64,000 nt of DNA, taken from the NCBI GenBank assembly GCA_012026655.1, contig JAAILG010000064.1, forward strand, positions 1 to 64,000. The letters run 5' to 3'. The stretch is from Hydrolagus affinis. Its lineage: Eukaryota. Made by a program: the position numbers and the translations under genes. This document shows positions 47,201 through 58,949 of the stretch, piece after piece. The notes under the pieces were generated by a model. That model was not told where the DNA came from. It saw nothing but the letters and a program-made list of their open reading frames with translations, and searched no databases. The stretch's first letter is position 1, and every line of letters starts with the position of its first letter.

Positions 47201-49140
47201 ATACAGGCAACAGGAAAATAAAAGGTTTAAAAAAAAGGAGAGATGAACAGCTTTTATTTTCATTTTTAAATACTTTCCTATATGAATCTACTGGGCATCC
47301 TTGCCTGTAAAATTAACACTATGGAAGCTGTTGGCCAGGTGGCAAGATTAGGTGTTTTGTATTGAAGCATGTAATGTTGTTCATGTAATGTGTTTTTAGC
47401 CAAGGTTAGGTGTACTACAGCGCTGATGGCACAAAGAAAACATTATTAAACGCCATAGGTTCTGTGTAAGTAATCAGTAATAAAGGTAACAACACTATTG
47501 GGCCCTAATGAACAATGGTTTTCCTTCTGTTTTACTGTTAGAAAACCAGCTGATGAGTCCCGTTTTGATGAGGCTGCTTTGTTTTGCTAACTCATGTGAC
47601 ACAACTGACCTAATACCATCAAATTGTTTCAGTTTTACTTTTGAAGTCACGTACGAGTGTGTCGTTCATGTTATTCACAACCAGCGGGTGCCTGATGGTG
47701 CCATTAGTGGCAGAAAACGTCAGGAGAGATTAATGAGGGTGCAGCAATTATTTTAAAATCACCGAAGACTTACTGCGGACCGACTGAGAGTGCATCACGA
47801 CTATTTTTTAATACGCATCTCTTGTCACATTAATTACTGCTTCCAACAGCCGCACCTTTGGTGAAAATGTAAACTGCTGAGGGTGAAGTGTTTACGTTAT
47901 AGTTTTCAGATTGGCCATTGATCCAGGAAGTTAAGCTTAGCTCAAGGTATATGTCCAATAAGAACTTCTTCCTATGCCTTAGCTCAACTTTTATGTGTGA
48001 AGACTCAAAAGGTACCTCATTTATTATTGTGCTCGAAAACGTCAACCATTTATTACCATATTTATTCCATTGTACCTTCTCTTTGATGTGGCTGCAATCA
48101 TTTCCAAAGGTGCTTTTATATTCATACCCAAATGCCGTTCATTTGGCAACTATTTGCAGTGCATCATTTTACTTGATGCATTATTAAAATGTAGTAAAGA
48201 TGTGATGTAATGAGAAGTTAGTACAATTGAAAGCGATCAAATGCTTTCTTAGAATAAGAGGGGTTCCTTCCCCCCTCCCCATATTAGCCACGAGATGAAG
48301 ACTTAATCTACTGTTTGGGGGTGTATGAGGTTTTGTTAGGCCTGCCTGTTTCACAGTATTTATTAAAGCTCATTGAACAAGTATGGTAGTTGATCTCGCT
48401 GCAGGAGCTGTAACAACCGTTTGACAAAGATCGTGAAATGCTCGCACTTTAAACTGATGTAAAGTAAGGCGAAGAATTGCTTGCCTGGTGGGTTTTTTCA
48501 AATATACCAAGTCCCGATCTGCAGTTTCCTACCTTTTTAACACAACTTGTATAGGATTTCAATGTTATACACTTTGTAAATCAATTTTTCAGAAACCACG
48601 TTCAGATTGCTTACTGCTCACAATATATCTCTGTATTTATGTCAAAATGAATCTTATTAATCACTGAGTTTGTCATAGGAATCAGGACTTACAGCCAGCA
48701 GCAGCACCACCACTTGTTCTCTTACTTTCAAATGGGCTGGATCACACACTTGTCCGATGCTGTAAATAAGTTAAAATACTTTTAAGGTGGACGGATGCAT
48801 GTGAGCTTTCGCTTGATCTGTGCTCTGTTGTGAAGAAAGTGACTCGACAAACAGCTTCTCAATAGCTGCTGTGTAATCGTTGCATGCAGAATTTGCAAAA
48901 AAAAGTTGAACGGAAAGCACAGGTGGTGCTGAACTGTTGGTGGTTTGAGTAAAGTGAATGAAATTTGCTGTCGATTTGACGTGCTGTGCTTAAGTTGCAC
49001 ACATACCTGAACTTTTATGACATATGTTACAATTCCAAGTACATCCTGCATTTTAGCTATGCTTTGGGGTGTGGCTAAAAGGCATAATACAGTGCATGTT
49101 TCAGACATTTAATAAACTATATTCAATGGAAATATTAAGC
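44208..49140 (+). other. Putative long 3' UTR of rab11fip2
   Basis: About 4.9 kb of AU-rich sequence with no recognisable SINE/LINE copy, ending at a poly(A) signal; repeats resume at about 49210. Confidence 0.7.
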
Positions 49141-49160
49141 TATGGTGTCTGTGCTTTCTC
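49111..49160 (+). terminator. Polyadenylation signal with downstream GU-rich element
   Basis: AATAAA at 49111-49116 followed about 25 nt later by tatggtgtctgtgctttctc. Other AATAAA at about 46342, 47217 and 47479 could be proximal sites. Confidence 0.65.
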
Positions 49161-49209
49161 AGGAAACTTTTGAGAGTTAAACATTCACTGTAAACGTGAA
49201 CTTTGTTTT

Positions 49210-49360
49210 TCTTATTTTGCCAAGCCCTCTCTCAACCTTGCCCTCGGAGGAGGAAGAAGATCAAACTTTGCACGTGGAATTGGGGAATGGAGGCTTGACA
49301 GCGCTCTGAGAAGCCGTCCGGCGTGGAGGGCGCTATGTAAATCGAAGTTGTTGCTGTTGA
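49210..49360 (+). mobile_element. L2-like 3' end, same subtype as 574-694
   Basis: cagcgctctgagaagccgtccggcgtggagggcgctatgtaaatcgaagttgttgctgttg. Confidence 0.7.
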
Positions 49361-49934
49361 TAACCTCACACAATGTGGCACTACATATTTGTTTGTTGGT
49401 GTGACGTCCTCGTACACCCTCACAATAGAAGCTGTTCCACCCAAAAACGTCCACTGGAAATTTGCATCGCCTTCTATTTCAATCGTGGTCACTCCTGTTT
49501 AGTTCAGAACATTCGCTTGCACATAGCAGCTGACTTGCTCCTCGGAATAAACTGAGGCTGCTCGAAGAGAAACATTTTATGTTTTTTTGTGCATGTGGGC
49601 GAGGGAATCTCTTGACGTGGAATCCCGACTGAAATTAGTGTTTTCGAGCCAGATTCCGATTTGCCTTTTGATCCAAATGTGAATTATAGACAGATTAACA
49701 AAGTTGTTTGAAGCGCACCATCATCTGGTTCCGATAAGAGAGAGCCTGATATCAGTTGCTGGGGATCTGGCATTTAGCAATAATAAGAGGAATTGGATAT
49801 TCGGAATATAAACCATGCAGTTACCAGACACTCTGGAATTCCCATGATAACATACTCCATAATAGTCACTTAAGGCAGTGGTTCTAGTCGAAGCACATAA
49901 AAAGTATGTAAGCAACGTATTGCGTTTGAGTGAC

Positions 49935-50382
49935 CTACCCACAAAATATACAGTCAATTCACTTTGTAGTATATTCTGTGAAGCGCTTTGAGACGTCTCA
50001 AAAACATGATAAGGCACTTTATCGAATGCAAGGATTATTATTTACACATCTACTGGCACAGGTGATAACATGTTCTTGCTCAAAAGAGGTTCTTAGCAGA
50101 TTTTATTGTACATCTCACTGATTTTTTTTAAAAGATCGATCTTGTTAAGTGCCATGTCTTTCTGGCATTTGAGGAGGCAACTTGGTATGACCATTTAAAC
50201 AGTCTGTCTCTCTTCTAGGTGGAAGAAATGTGCTGAGCGGTGGACAAGTGTACAATGGTTATGCAAATATTAAATAGAAGATGCATTAAAATTAGAATAA
50301 AATTACAATTAAAAATCTTTTAATGATAATAATAATAAACCTTGCATTTTATATAGGGCTTTTCACGTCTTCTAGACGTCTC
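49935..50382. mobile_element. SINE tails (+ 49935-50042; - 50325-50382)
   Basis: Family tail consensus in both orientations. Confidence 0.8.
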
Positions 50383-50864
50383 ATAATATAGCCAGCATTG
50401 GATTTTACCATTGCCATCTTAATTTCTTTTATTAGTCACTTTGCTTTTGAATTTGCAACTGATGTCCCAGTGCTTGGAAAGAACAAGTGAAATCACTTTT
50501 TTTTTAACCACGATTCAAACACTTAACTTTCTTCTTAAAGTAGCTTCAACTTTAGCCTAATGCAGTGCAAATCCACCTATCATACTACTTCTCAAAACTA
50601 GCTCATTTGCAGATATTGAATACATTTTACACTAAAGTATTTAGGTGGAAGAAGCCAATAGACAGGGCAGTTGATTTTGAGACATAACGAGAATCGATCA
50701 GCTATTTACCAAGTGGACAGAGAAGTAAGGACCCAATAAACCTTTTAAAGACGCCCGAGATGTCAGGGCAGAGTTAGAAAATATACAGAAGCTTTAAAGG
50801 AATGCTTTGAATTTCTAATTGAACAGTGTGCACGGAATCGTATATCAGGTGATACAGCCAACAA

Positions 50865-51184
50865 ATAATAATAATTGTTGTGTTTGATATGGCGCTTTTC
50901 ACGTCTTCTAGACGTCTCAAAGTGCTTCACAGAATATTCTGTAAAGTAAATTGACTATATTTGTGGGTGAAATACGGCAGCCAATTGCGCACAGCAGTGT
51001 CCTACAAACAGTCGTGGATGGAAATTACCAATTTATTATTGTTTGATTTTTGAGGAATTATTATCAGACGTGTGGAGTAAGAAAACTTGCCCAAGGTTTC
51101 GCCCTGACCTGGAATTGAACCGAGGTGTCTCACTGGTAAGGCATGACTACACTCATAACTATTGCCACTGAGCTGCAGGACTCC
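50865..51184 (-). mobile_element. Full-length SINE
   Basis: Reverse tail, body and head ending ccactgagctgcaggactcc. Confidence 0.9.
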
Positions 51185-51419
51185 ACTTGCTGTCGTGTAG
51201 CTCATAGACGAAGCCCATTTTCTGGAAAATCTGACGGGCAGTGAATATCCATGGAGCCACCTGGACGGGGTGGGTTGCTAACTGGAATCTACAATGGAGC
51301 AAGTGAGGCAAAACATCTGGCCAGTATTCAAAGTGAACGGCTGTACTTGTACTTTGACACCATGGACCACTGAATCCTCCACAGCCTCTCACCCTTCAGG
51401 GTTCTGTCCTTGACTGTTT

Positions 51420-51602
51420 CAGGTCCTAACTCTCACAGCGTCTCCATTTTATCTCCACCAATAGTTTCTCTTCCAGCCCCTGCACCATTTTGTGCAGTGT
51501 TCTTCAGGGCTCTGTCCTCAGTTCCCTCCTCTTCAATCTCTACAAGCTCCCCATTGGTGATGTCATCCGCAGACATGGGGTAAATTTCCGCAGACATGGG
51601 GT
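51420..51602 (+). mobile_element. L2-clade reverse transcriptase fragment
   Basis: Translates ..VLQGSVLSSLLFNLYKLPIGDVIRRHGVNF, a degenerate form of the RT motif GVPQGSVLGPLLF..Y..PLG.IIR.HG..FH. Confidence 0.8.
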
Positions 51603-52587
51603 AGATCTGAAGATTAATACTAGAATATAGCTCCCGTTATTGATTCGCATACATTCAAATCTGATTTCAGATCGACTCATGTTTTTTTGGGGGAAGAAAA
51701 TGACCCAAGTTTTCAAGGGGATTTTAATAAAAGTGTTATTCTACACTACAATTTACAGTATAGTGCGCATGCCAATACATAAGGAGCGAATAGTTATGAG
51801 TGTAGTCATGTCTACACTTAGGTCGAGAACAAGTTAAACATTTTAACAAGTTAACGGGATTCGGGCAATGAAATATGGGCGAAATGCCATCGAAATTGAT
51901 GCGGCTAATTTTCACATCGAGGGCTTGTCTGTTAAGCAGATGTAAGGAGCCTGGAGACACTTGTACAGTACGGTAACTTGCCAACAAAATAGGTTGGGGG
52001 AAACAAGCGGGTCTTTTGCATTTCCCTTCGAGACATTCCGATCAAAGCGAGATTATTCTGCAGAAGGCAGTTCAGGTCTTGTCCAGCATTCATTGGTAAC
52101 AGTGAGTAAACGAGTTAGTGGCTAGTTATTGGTGTAAAACTAGAGTCAATAATCCAACAGTGCTCTTCGGGACATTTTTTGAAGCTGGCTATACAGACAG
52201 CCCAAAGTTTCGTGACATTACAATGTTTAATGCTTAAAGAAATGATAATACATTTATTTAGATAATAAGGTGGATATCACACATTTTTGGCCACCTTGTA
52301 CTGTATTTTACACAGTTCGTGTATTCATAAATTATTGGAAGGCTTTTTTGAAACTATGTTTGTGATAATTTATCACTCATGTTTTAGAATCGTCTGTGCA
52401 TTATATTTGAGAAGTCTCGAGAACACGACAAGGCACTATATCAAATGCTATTATTATTATTAATATATCCAGTCATAATGTTTTTACAGGATTTACAAAT
52501 TACATAAAGGTACCTACCTACCGAATAGGACCATCGATTCTCCTCAGAAGACTATCTGACAATGAAGTCCCAATAAAAGACTATAGT

Positions 52588-52953
52588 GGAGTCCTGCATC
52601 TTAGTGGTTAGAGCACTCACATCTCAAGTGAGAGGACCTGGGTTCGATTCCCAGGAAAGACGAAAACCTGAGCAATTTTCTCGATACCACACGCCTCAAT
52701 TTACCTATCAGTAAGTAGGAATCTGGTGATTAATTGAATGACAAATCGCTGTTCTGGGGTAATCCTTCACAAAAATAATAATTTGGTCACTCAATCCATG
52801 AGTTGGACACTGCTGTGTGCAATTGGCTGCTGCGTTTCACCCGTTTTGCATTTCACAAAATACAGTCAATTCACTTTGCAGTATATTTTGTGAAGCGCTT
52901 TAAGATGTCTCAAAGATGTGGCAAGGCGCTATATCAAATGCAAGGATTATTAA
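52588..52953 (+). mobile_element. Full-length SINE, long variant
   Basis: ggagtcctgcatcttagtggttagagcac...ggttcgattccc...tttacctatcagtaagtaggaatctgg..., then body and tail. Confidence 0.9.
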
Positions 52954-53116
52954 TAGGGGGGGGTCTAACATTAATACAAGCCAACAACAAAAATTTAATC
53001 AAGTTTATTTTTATCTCCCTTTCCCTTAGGAAGAAAGCAGAATGGTACCAGAACTCAATATCTCACTCGCTGCTGCTGCGAGAGATTAACCACGAGATTG
53101 AGAAGGTCTTAGATTA

Positions 53117-53195
53117 ATATACAGACATACATACATACACACACGCGCGCACATATACACTCGCATATATGTATATACACACATATGTACGTATA
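53117..53195. repeat. Mixed (CA)/(TA)/(CATA) microsatellite
   Basis: atatacagacatacatacatacacacacgcgcgcacatatacac... Confidence 0.85.
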
Positions 53196-53661
53196 AAGAG
53201 ATATACCAACCCCAATAGAGCACTTCATCTACATATGTTTTCTTGAATGATTTCTCAATCTGTTTCCAATTACTATGCGTTTCTGTGTGTCCCAGTCACT
53301 CAATGAGCCTGATATCCTCTAACCTGGTCAGGAAATTCTTAAATCACCAGGTACTATACTTGAACGACCCTCACATCTTAAGAGCTGTTTCTCTTTCCCC
53401 ACCTCGGGAGTAGGTGTGTAGAATTTTTTAAACGTCCCCTAATATACAAAAGAGCAAAAAAAAGGGCTTATAAATTAATGATCATTCTTTCACCTATGCA
53501 ACATACCCTGCGTTTTGTTTTTAGAAGCAGACAGATTGCCTTCCTACCGCTCTCTCTAACATATGGCTCGGTGAGGGGCTAAGTCTTATTTCTTATTAAA
53601 ATGAAAAAAAAAATTGTCGTCCGAGTTCGGTTTGTAACATCATCATCAAAGCGGTGTCACA

Positions 53662-54030
53662 GGAGGGAGAGAGTGAGAGAGAGAGAGAGAGGGGGAGAAA
53701 AAGGTAACTTGACCCAGGCCACAACAAAAGGAGGATATTGGGTGCAAAAGTGACACCTGGAATCTCTATATAAACATACATTTGTTTACATGCTGGACAG
53801 GTAGAAAGCGTGTCTCACCCAAACAGAAGCGTGCCTCTGAGTGAGTGAGATGATATTAAGGCTAATCCAGATTGAAGAGCGTTTTTAGCAGATGGAATAA
53901 AGAAAAGGTGTCCCAATGTTAAGAGCGTTTCATCAGACCAGATGCCAGGCAGCTCCCAGCTGTCACTACCATTCGAGTCCTGGAGACTCTTTTTTTTCTC
54001 TCTCTCTCTCTCTCCCTCTCTCTCTCTCTC
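53662..54030. repeat. (GA)n at about 53662-53698 and (CT)n at about 53996-54030
   Basis: Seen directly. Confidence 0.9.
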
Positions 54031-54621
54031 GCACTTTCAAGTAAACTAATCTTGATTGCTGTGTGCAAGTGGAAAATGCCCAAAAGAAATCAGATGTCAG
54101 ACGAGGCACGCGCCTCCTTTGTTCTCTCCTTGTTTTACCTGACGCGTGTCTGGAGACAAGCTGACAAAGACCAGATGACACCCAACTACACACAGAGGAG
54201 GCCAGAAGTCTTGGCTGACCGACCAAGGTGGTTTTGTTCAATGCTGATTATTTGACAACAGTTGTTTTCTAGATATGTATTACCTTCGAATATTGCTACC
54301 CGCCCCCCCACCCCCACCCCCTCTCCCCTCACCCCCACCCCATCAAAGTATCCGAGTCTTTCTCCCAAGAAGCAAAGAATCATTTGATCTGCTGATGTTA
54401 CAACTCAGGATTGTCTATTTTGTTCTATTCAATACGAAAATAGTGTTTCATTGAGTAGAAAAAAGCGGAGAAATGAACCTCAGTTAAACAACAATGCAAA
54501 CAAAATCAATAATTTGTCTCAATTTAACCAAAATGGAAAGATCTCACATATACACATAACGTATATATACGTTGGGACAGGGTGCAGTTTAGAAACAGGA
54601 TACTGAAAAGAACCTGCTTTG

Positions 54622-54732
54622 AAATACAGTCAATTCGCTTTACAGTATATTCTGTGAAGCACTTTGAGACGTCTAGAAAACGTGATAAGGTGCTTTATCA
54701 AATGCAAGGATTATTAGTATTATTATTATTAT
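54622..54732 (+). mobile_element. SINE tail
   Basis: Family tail plus (TTA)n. Confidence 0.85.
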
Positions 54733-55359
54733 CAGAGAGCTACTGCTGATGTCTGTTATTTTCTGAGAATGAGTGTAGAAGTGTGTTGAGGTGCCAGTGG
54801 CTTTGCTCACGTTAGAGGCTAAAGTGGTCTAAGCAATCAGTGCTACTGACTGGCTCTGGTGGTGGAGATTCGCCTCAGGCAGTGCAGTGAGTAACAGACT
54901 TGAGTCCCCCTATTCTCTGCTTAAACAGAGACAAAGGTTTTAGGTTACAACAGATGTACGCTCGTGCCTATTTTACACCCAACCCTCTCCGAAGATGAAA
55001 AATAAAAAAAAGACCAAGTGATACCTTTTCACTGCTGTGGTTTACCGCGTGTCTTTTGTCTGCTCACTAACGACAGCAGGTTAGACTGAGAGATTCTCTA
55101 AAGTCGTTGTGGTTAGGGAACAAGGTGGTTTTGCGAAGTGTTGGGAAGTCAGAGAGAGAGAACTGTGGTGTGTGGACTGGGTTAAGAAGAAGTGGACTTA
55201 TTTTCAAACTTTATTTCTCGTCACTACACTCCGAAAAAACCTTTCCTGGGGCAGGGATTGCTTTTATCTGAGAGCTTCTTGTTGGTTTCATGTTCCTTTA
55301 ATTCCAGTCACATGTTGGGAATGGCTTGCTATAGACAGGCAAAGTCCAAGTAAATAATA

Positions 55360-55635
55360 CCAAATAATAATCCTTGCATTTGATATAGCGCCACATCACT
55401 TCTTTGAGACGTCTCAAAGGGCTTCACAGAATATACCGAGGAGTGAATTGACTGTATATTTTGTAGGTGAAACGCAGCAGCCATTGCCCACCGCAGTGTC
55501 CCACAAACAGTAGTGATTGAGTGACCAAATTATTCTTATTTTCTTTTTTGAGGAGATTATTACTCCCGGAAAAGCGATCCGCCGATCGTCCAATAACTGG
55601 GATCATACTTGCCGCTGTGGAGTAAGGAAACTCGC
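55360..55635 (-). mobile_element. SINE, long variant, head missing
   Basis: Reverse tail and body plus aaaagcgatccgcc segment. Confidence 0.85.
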
Positions 55636-55819
55636 TGAGGAATTGAATATGAATGAGAGTAACAGCAAGGCTGTAATTTAGCCTCGGGATTCAGTGATGA
55701 GGAACAATCATTAACCATGAAATAAATGGTCTGGTTGCATTAGATGCAAAAGGCAAATGGGATTTTGTTTGTCTTATGTCATCAAAAGGCAAGTGCTTCT
55801 TATTCATTTTATCTCTACT

Positions 55820-56124
55820 AATAATAATAGTAATAACCCTTGCATTTGATGGAGCACTTTTCACGTCTTCTAGACTTCAAAGCGCTTCACATAATATACC
55901 GTAAAGTGAATTGACTGTATATTTGTGGCCGAAACGCGGCAGCCAATTGCGCACAGCAGTGTCCCATAAAGAGTCGTGGATTGAAATGACCAATTTTTTT
56001 TTGTGAGGGATTATTATTAAGTTTGTGGAGTAAGGAAACTTAGCCAAGGTTTCGCCCTGACCTGCCTGGATTCGAACACAGGTCTCAAGCTTGGAAGGCG
56101 AGTGCTCTAACCACTGAGCTACAA
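55820..56124 (-). mobile_element. Full-length SINE, 5-nt-insertion variant
   Basis: ...ggtttcgccctgacctgcctggattcgaacacagg...gagtgctctaaccactgagctaca. Confidence 0.92.
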
Positions 56125-56416
56125 GTCAGTTATGTCGGTTTGGGATGGGGTTATTAAATTAAGCAATTTCCTTTTTTTAATTTTATTTTTGGTCAACCCA
56201 TTAATGTGAAAGAAGAAATCAATGAAAAGTGTGGGGGAAACAAACATGAAAACTTGCATTTGCAGAGCTCCCTTCATACCAAATAGCTTCTTAGAGACCG
56301 GACTCTGAGTGCGGTGATCAGACTTATATTGTCCCCAATATCACACTTTGGCCCTGAGCTGACAACTGAGCAGAGACTTGGCCAGACGAAGACCAGAGGA
56401 AGTGATCATTTGTGCA

Positions 56417-56760
56417 ATCCTGCAGCTCAGTGGTTAGAGCACTTGTCTTACAAGCGTGAGACCTGTGTTCGAATCCAGGCAGGTCAGGGTGAATCCTTGG
56501 CCAAGTTTCCTTACTCCACACACCTAATAATAATCCCTCAAAAAAAACCACAATAATAAAATTGATCATTCAATCCAAGACTGTTTGTGGGGCACTGCCG
56601 TACGCAATTGGCTGCTGTATTTTGCCCACAAATATACAGTCAATTAACTTTACAGTGTATTCTGTGAAATGCTTTGAGACGTCTAGAAGACATGAAAAGC
56701 GTTAATATCAAATGCAAGGATTATTATTGTTATTAATAATATTAATATTATTATTATTAT
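56417..56760 (+). mobile_element. Full-length SINE, 5-nt-insertion variant
   Basis: cctgcagctcagtggttagagcac...cctgtgttcgaatccaggcaggtcaggg..., long (TTA)-type tail. Confidence 0.92.
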
Positions 56761-56807
56761 CATTGAATGACAGAAACCGAGAGAAAGACCTGAATTGGAA
56801 TATTAAA

Positions 56808-56919
56808 CAGAGGCGTGTGGGGTGAGGACACTTGTCCAATGTTTCGTCCTGCCCAAGAATCAAAACCGGGTCCTCAAGCTTGTGAGGAGAGTGCTCTAAC
56901 CTCTACGCTACAGGACTCC
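56808..56919 (-). mobile_element. SINE head fragment
   Basis: cagaggcgtgtgg...gagtgctctaacctctacgctacaggactcc. Confidence 0.75.
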
Positions 56920-57374
56920 AAATTGACAGGCGAACTTCAGCAAACCAATGCAGTAAACGGAATTGAGAAGGTATTCATAGTTTCTGTGTTAACATGGGCT
57001 CAGTCATTCCAACTTACATTGCGGAGAATTCTTGTCTGGTTGATTCGGATTTTTTTAAAAATGAAGGTATCTGAGGTAAATAGTCTCATAACATACGGTG
57101 AGAATGATCGCACATGAAAGGGAGAGGAACTAAAGTGCTTTTGTTTGATTGAGCTCCAAGCAAAATAAAAAACAGTGACAAAGCTCACATTGATTCATTG
57201 CTATGATTGAAATATTGCACTTTGAAGCAAATTGTCTTTCTCACTCTCGCTCGAGTGCCCTTAGCTATCTTCCGCCTTTGCCTAGAAAAATAAATTTGCA
57301 TTCACCGTTGACTTGCGTATTGCAAAGTGCGCACACACGCGCACATATGGCTATGAAGCGAATGACAAATTTTT

Positions 57375-57860
57375 CTCTTGTGAGCCGGGACATTAAGAGA
57401 AACTCTTCTTGTTTCAAATAGTGCCACGGGATCTTTAATGTCACCTGAGCAACCAGACAGATTCTGGTTCTCCCCACACCCTTTGGAAATGCCATCCCAC
57501 AGCCCCTTCGCCTCGCCTCGCCCCGCTCTCTCGCCTCCTTCAAGGCCCATATCAAAGTCCTCTTCTTCAACCACAACTTCGGTCATCCTCCTACCCTTAC
57601 CCTCCCTGACCCCCCAACCTTCTTGATCCCAACCCTCAGCTCGGGTCCAAATCCCTAATTATCCAACGCCTTGGGAGATCCTCCTGAAGTGAAAGGTGCA
57701 ATACAAATGAAATCTATTGCTTAACATCCTGTCTGAAATGCAGCCCCTCCAATAACGTAACACCGATCCAGTATCATACCAGAACTCAAAGTTCTCACGT
57801 GAGACTTCATAACACATAATCTTCTGACTCAGATGCGAGAGTGCTGCCACAGAGCCAGAA
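57375..57860. mobile_element. Older DeuSINE (-) interrupted by an L2 3' end (+, about 57455-57720)
   Basis: aaactcttcttgtttcaaatagtgccacgggatctttaatgtcacctgag | L2: tggaaatgccatcccacagcccc...gtgaaaggtgcaatacaaatg | ttaacatcctgtctgaaa...cttctgactcagatgcgagagtgctgccac. Confidence 0.7.
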
Positions 57861-58279
57861 TTCACAAAACACAGGCATCACGCAAAACTAAGAGAAAAAT
57901 GCTTTCGTTCATTGAGGCAGCCTGGGATTGTTGTACACAAGGTTGTTAGATAGCGAGCCCCGAAATTCCTCTCCCTTTTCCTTTCTTTGGGAGGAAGAGT
58001 CAAAATGTATGGTTTGATTTCTGCTGGTGTAATGGGGAGTTGGTTGACGTTTTTGTAAGGTTTTGTTTTAAAAAAAGCTATGTCAAATGCAAGGATTATT
58101 ATTATTATCATTATTAAATGTAGTAAACCATGATAAGTGATGACTGCTTCCAGAAAACTCGTTCTACTGCCCAGTGTGCGGTGGGGAAACCCATGACTGA
58201 TGATGTAAACCTCAGTCAGATTGGATACGTTTAACGAAGAATGTTTTCGTGGGTGGAAAATTCCTGTATAATACAGTAT

Positions 58280-58693
58280 AATAATCCTTGCATTTTATAT
58301 AGCTCATCATGACATCTTTGAGACATCTCAAGTAGCTTTACAGCATACACTGTAATGTGAATTGACTGTACATTTTCTGGGCGAAACGCAGCAGACAATC
58401 GTGTACAGCAGTGCCTATCCCACAAACAGCCATGGATTGTGTGACCAAATTATTATTATTTTATTTTTTAAATTTTAGTTTTGAAGGGACTATTACCCCT
58501 GGGAAAGCGATCCGCCAATAGACTAACAACCAGGTTCCTATTTACTGCTTGGTGAACAGAGGAGTGTGTGTGTGTGGAGTAAATAAATTTGACAAACGTT
58601 TCACCCTCCCTGGGAATCAAACATAGGTCTAGTGGTTAGAGAGCTTGCCTTGCTTGTGAGGCGAGCGCTCTAACCACTAAACTACAGGGCTCC
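58280..58693 (-). mobile_element. Full-length SINE, long variant, with internal (GT)n and a local inverted duplication
   Basis: Reverse tail, body, extra segment and head. Confidence 0.9.
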
Positions 58694-58949
58694 ATCAGAA
58701 TATGTGTCATTACTGTTGAACACGACCCAAAAGTAGCAGTTAAAGCTAAGCACAATCGAAAAGTTAATTCAACAAACCAAACGTTAACAACTGAAATGCA
58801 ATGGAGCGCACATGGTACCGAAATTAAAATAGCTATTCTCTTCTGCAGTATGAAAGATTTTAAACTTTAAAGTTTTCAAAAAAAATTCAGCCACACTGTA
58901 AAAAAACATACACCCTGTCACTGGCTGCAGTAATATGCTTTGTTACATA

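Noticed and set aside
47549-47585. CTGATGAGTCCC as a hammerhead core in the 3' UTR
   Set aside because: No complementary GGAC-GAAA downstream, so stem II and the rest of the core are missing.
51620-52150. CpG-richer unique-looking segment (also 40080-40750)
   Set aside because: Could be old DNA-transposon remnants or regulatory DNA, but I found no termini, ORF or repeat match to support a call.
16895-54342. G/C runs as G-quadruplexes (16895, 21386, 25110, 43700, 54300)
   Set aside because: Low-complexity runs that are common in such genomes, with no contextual evidence of function.
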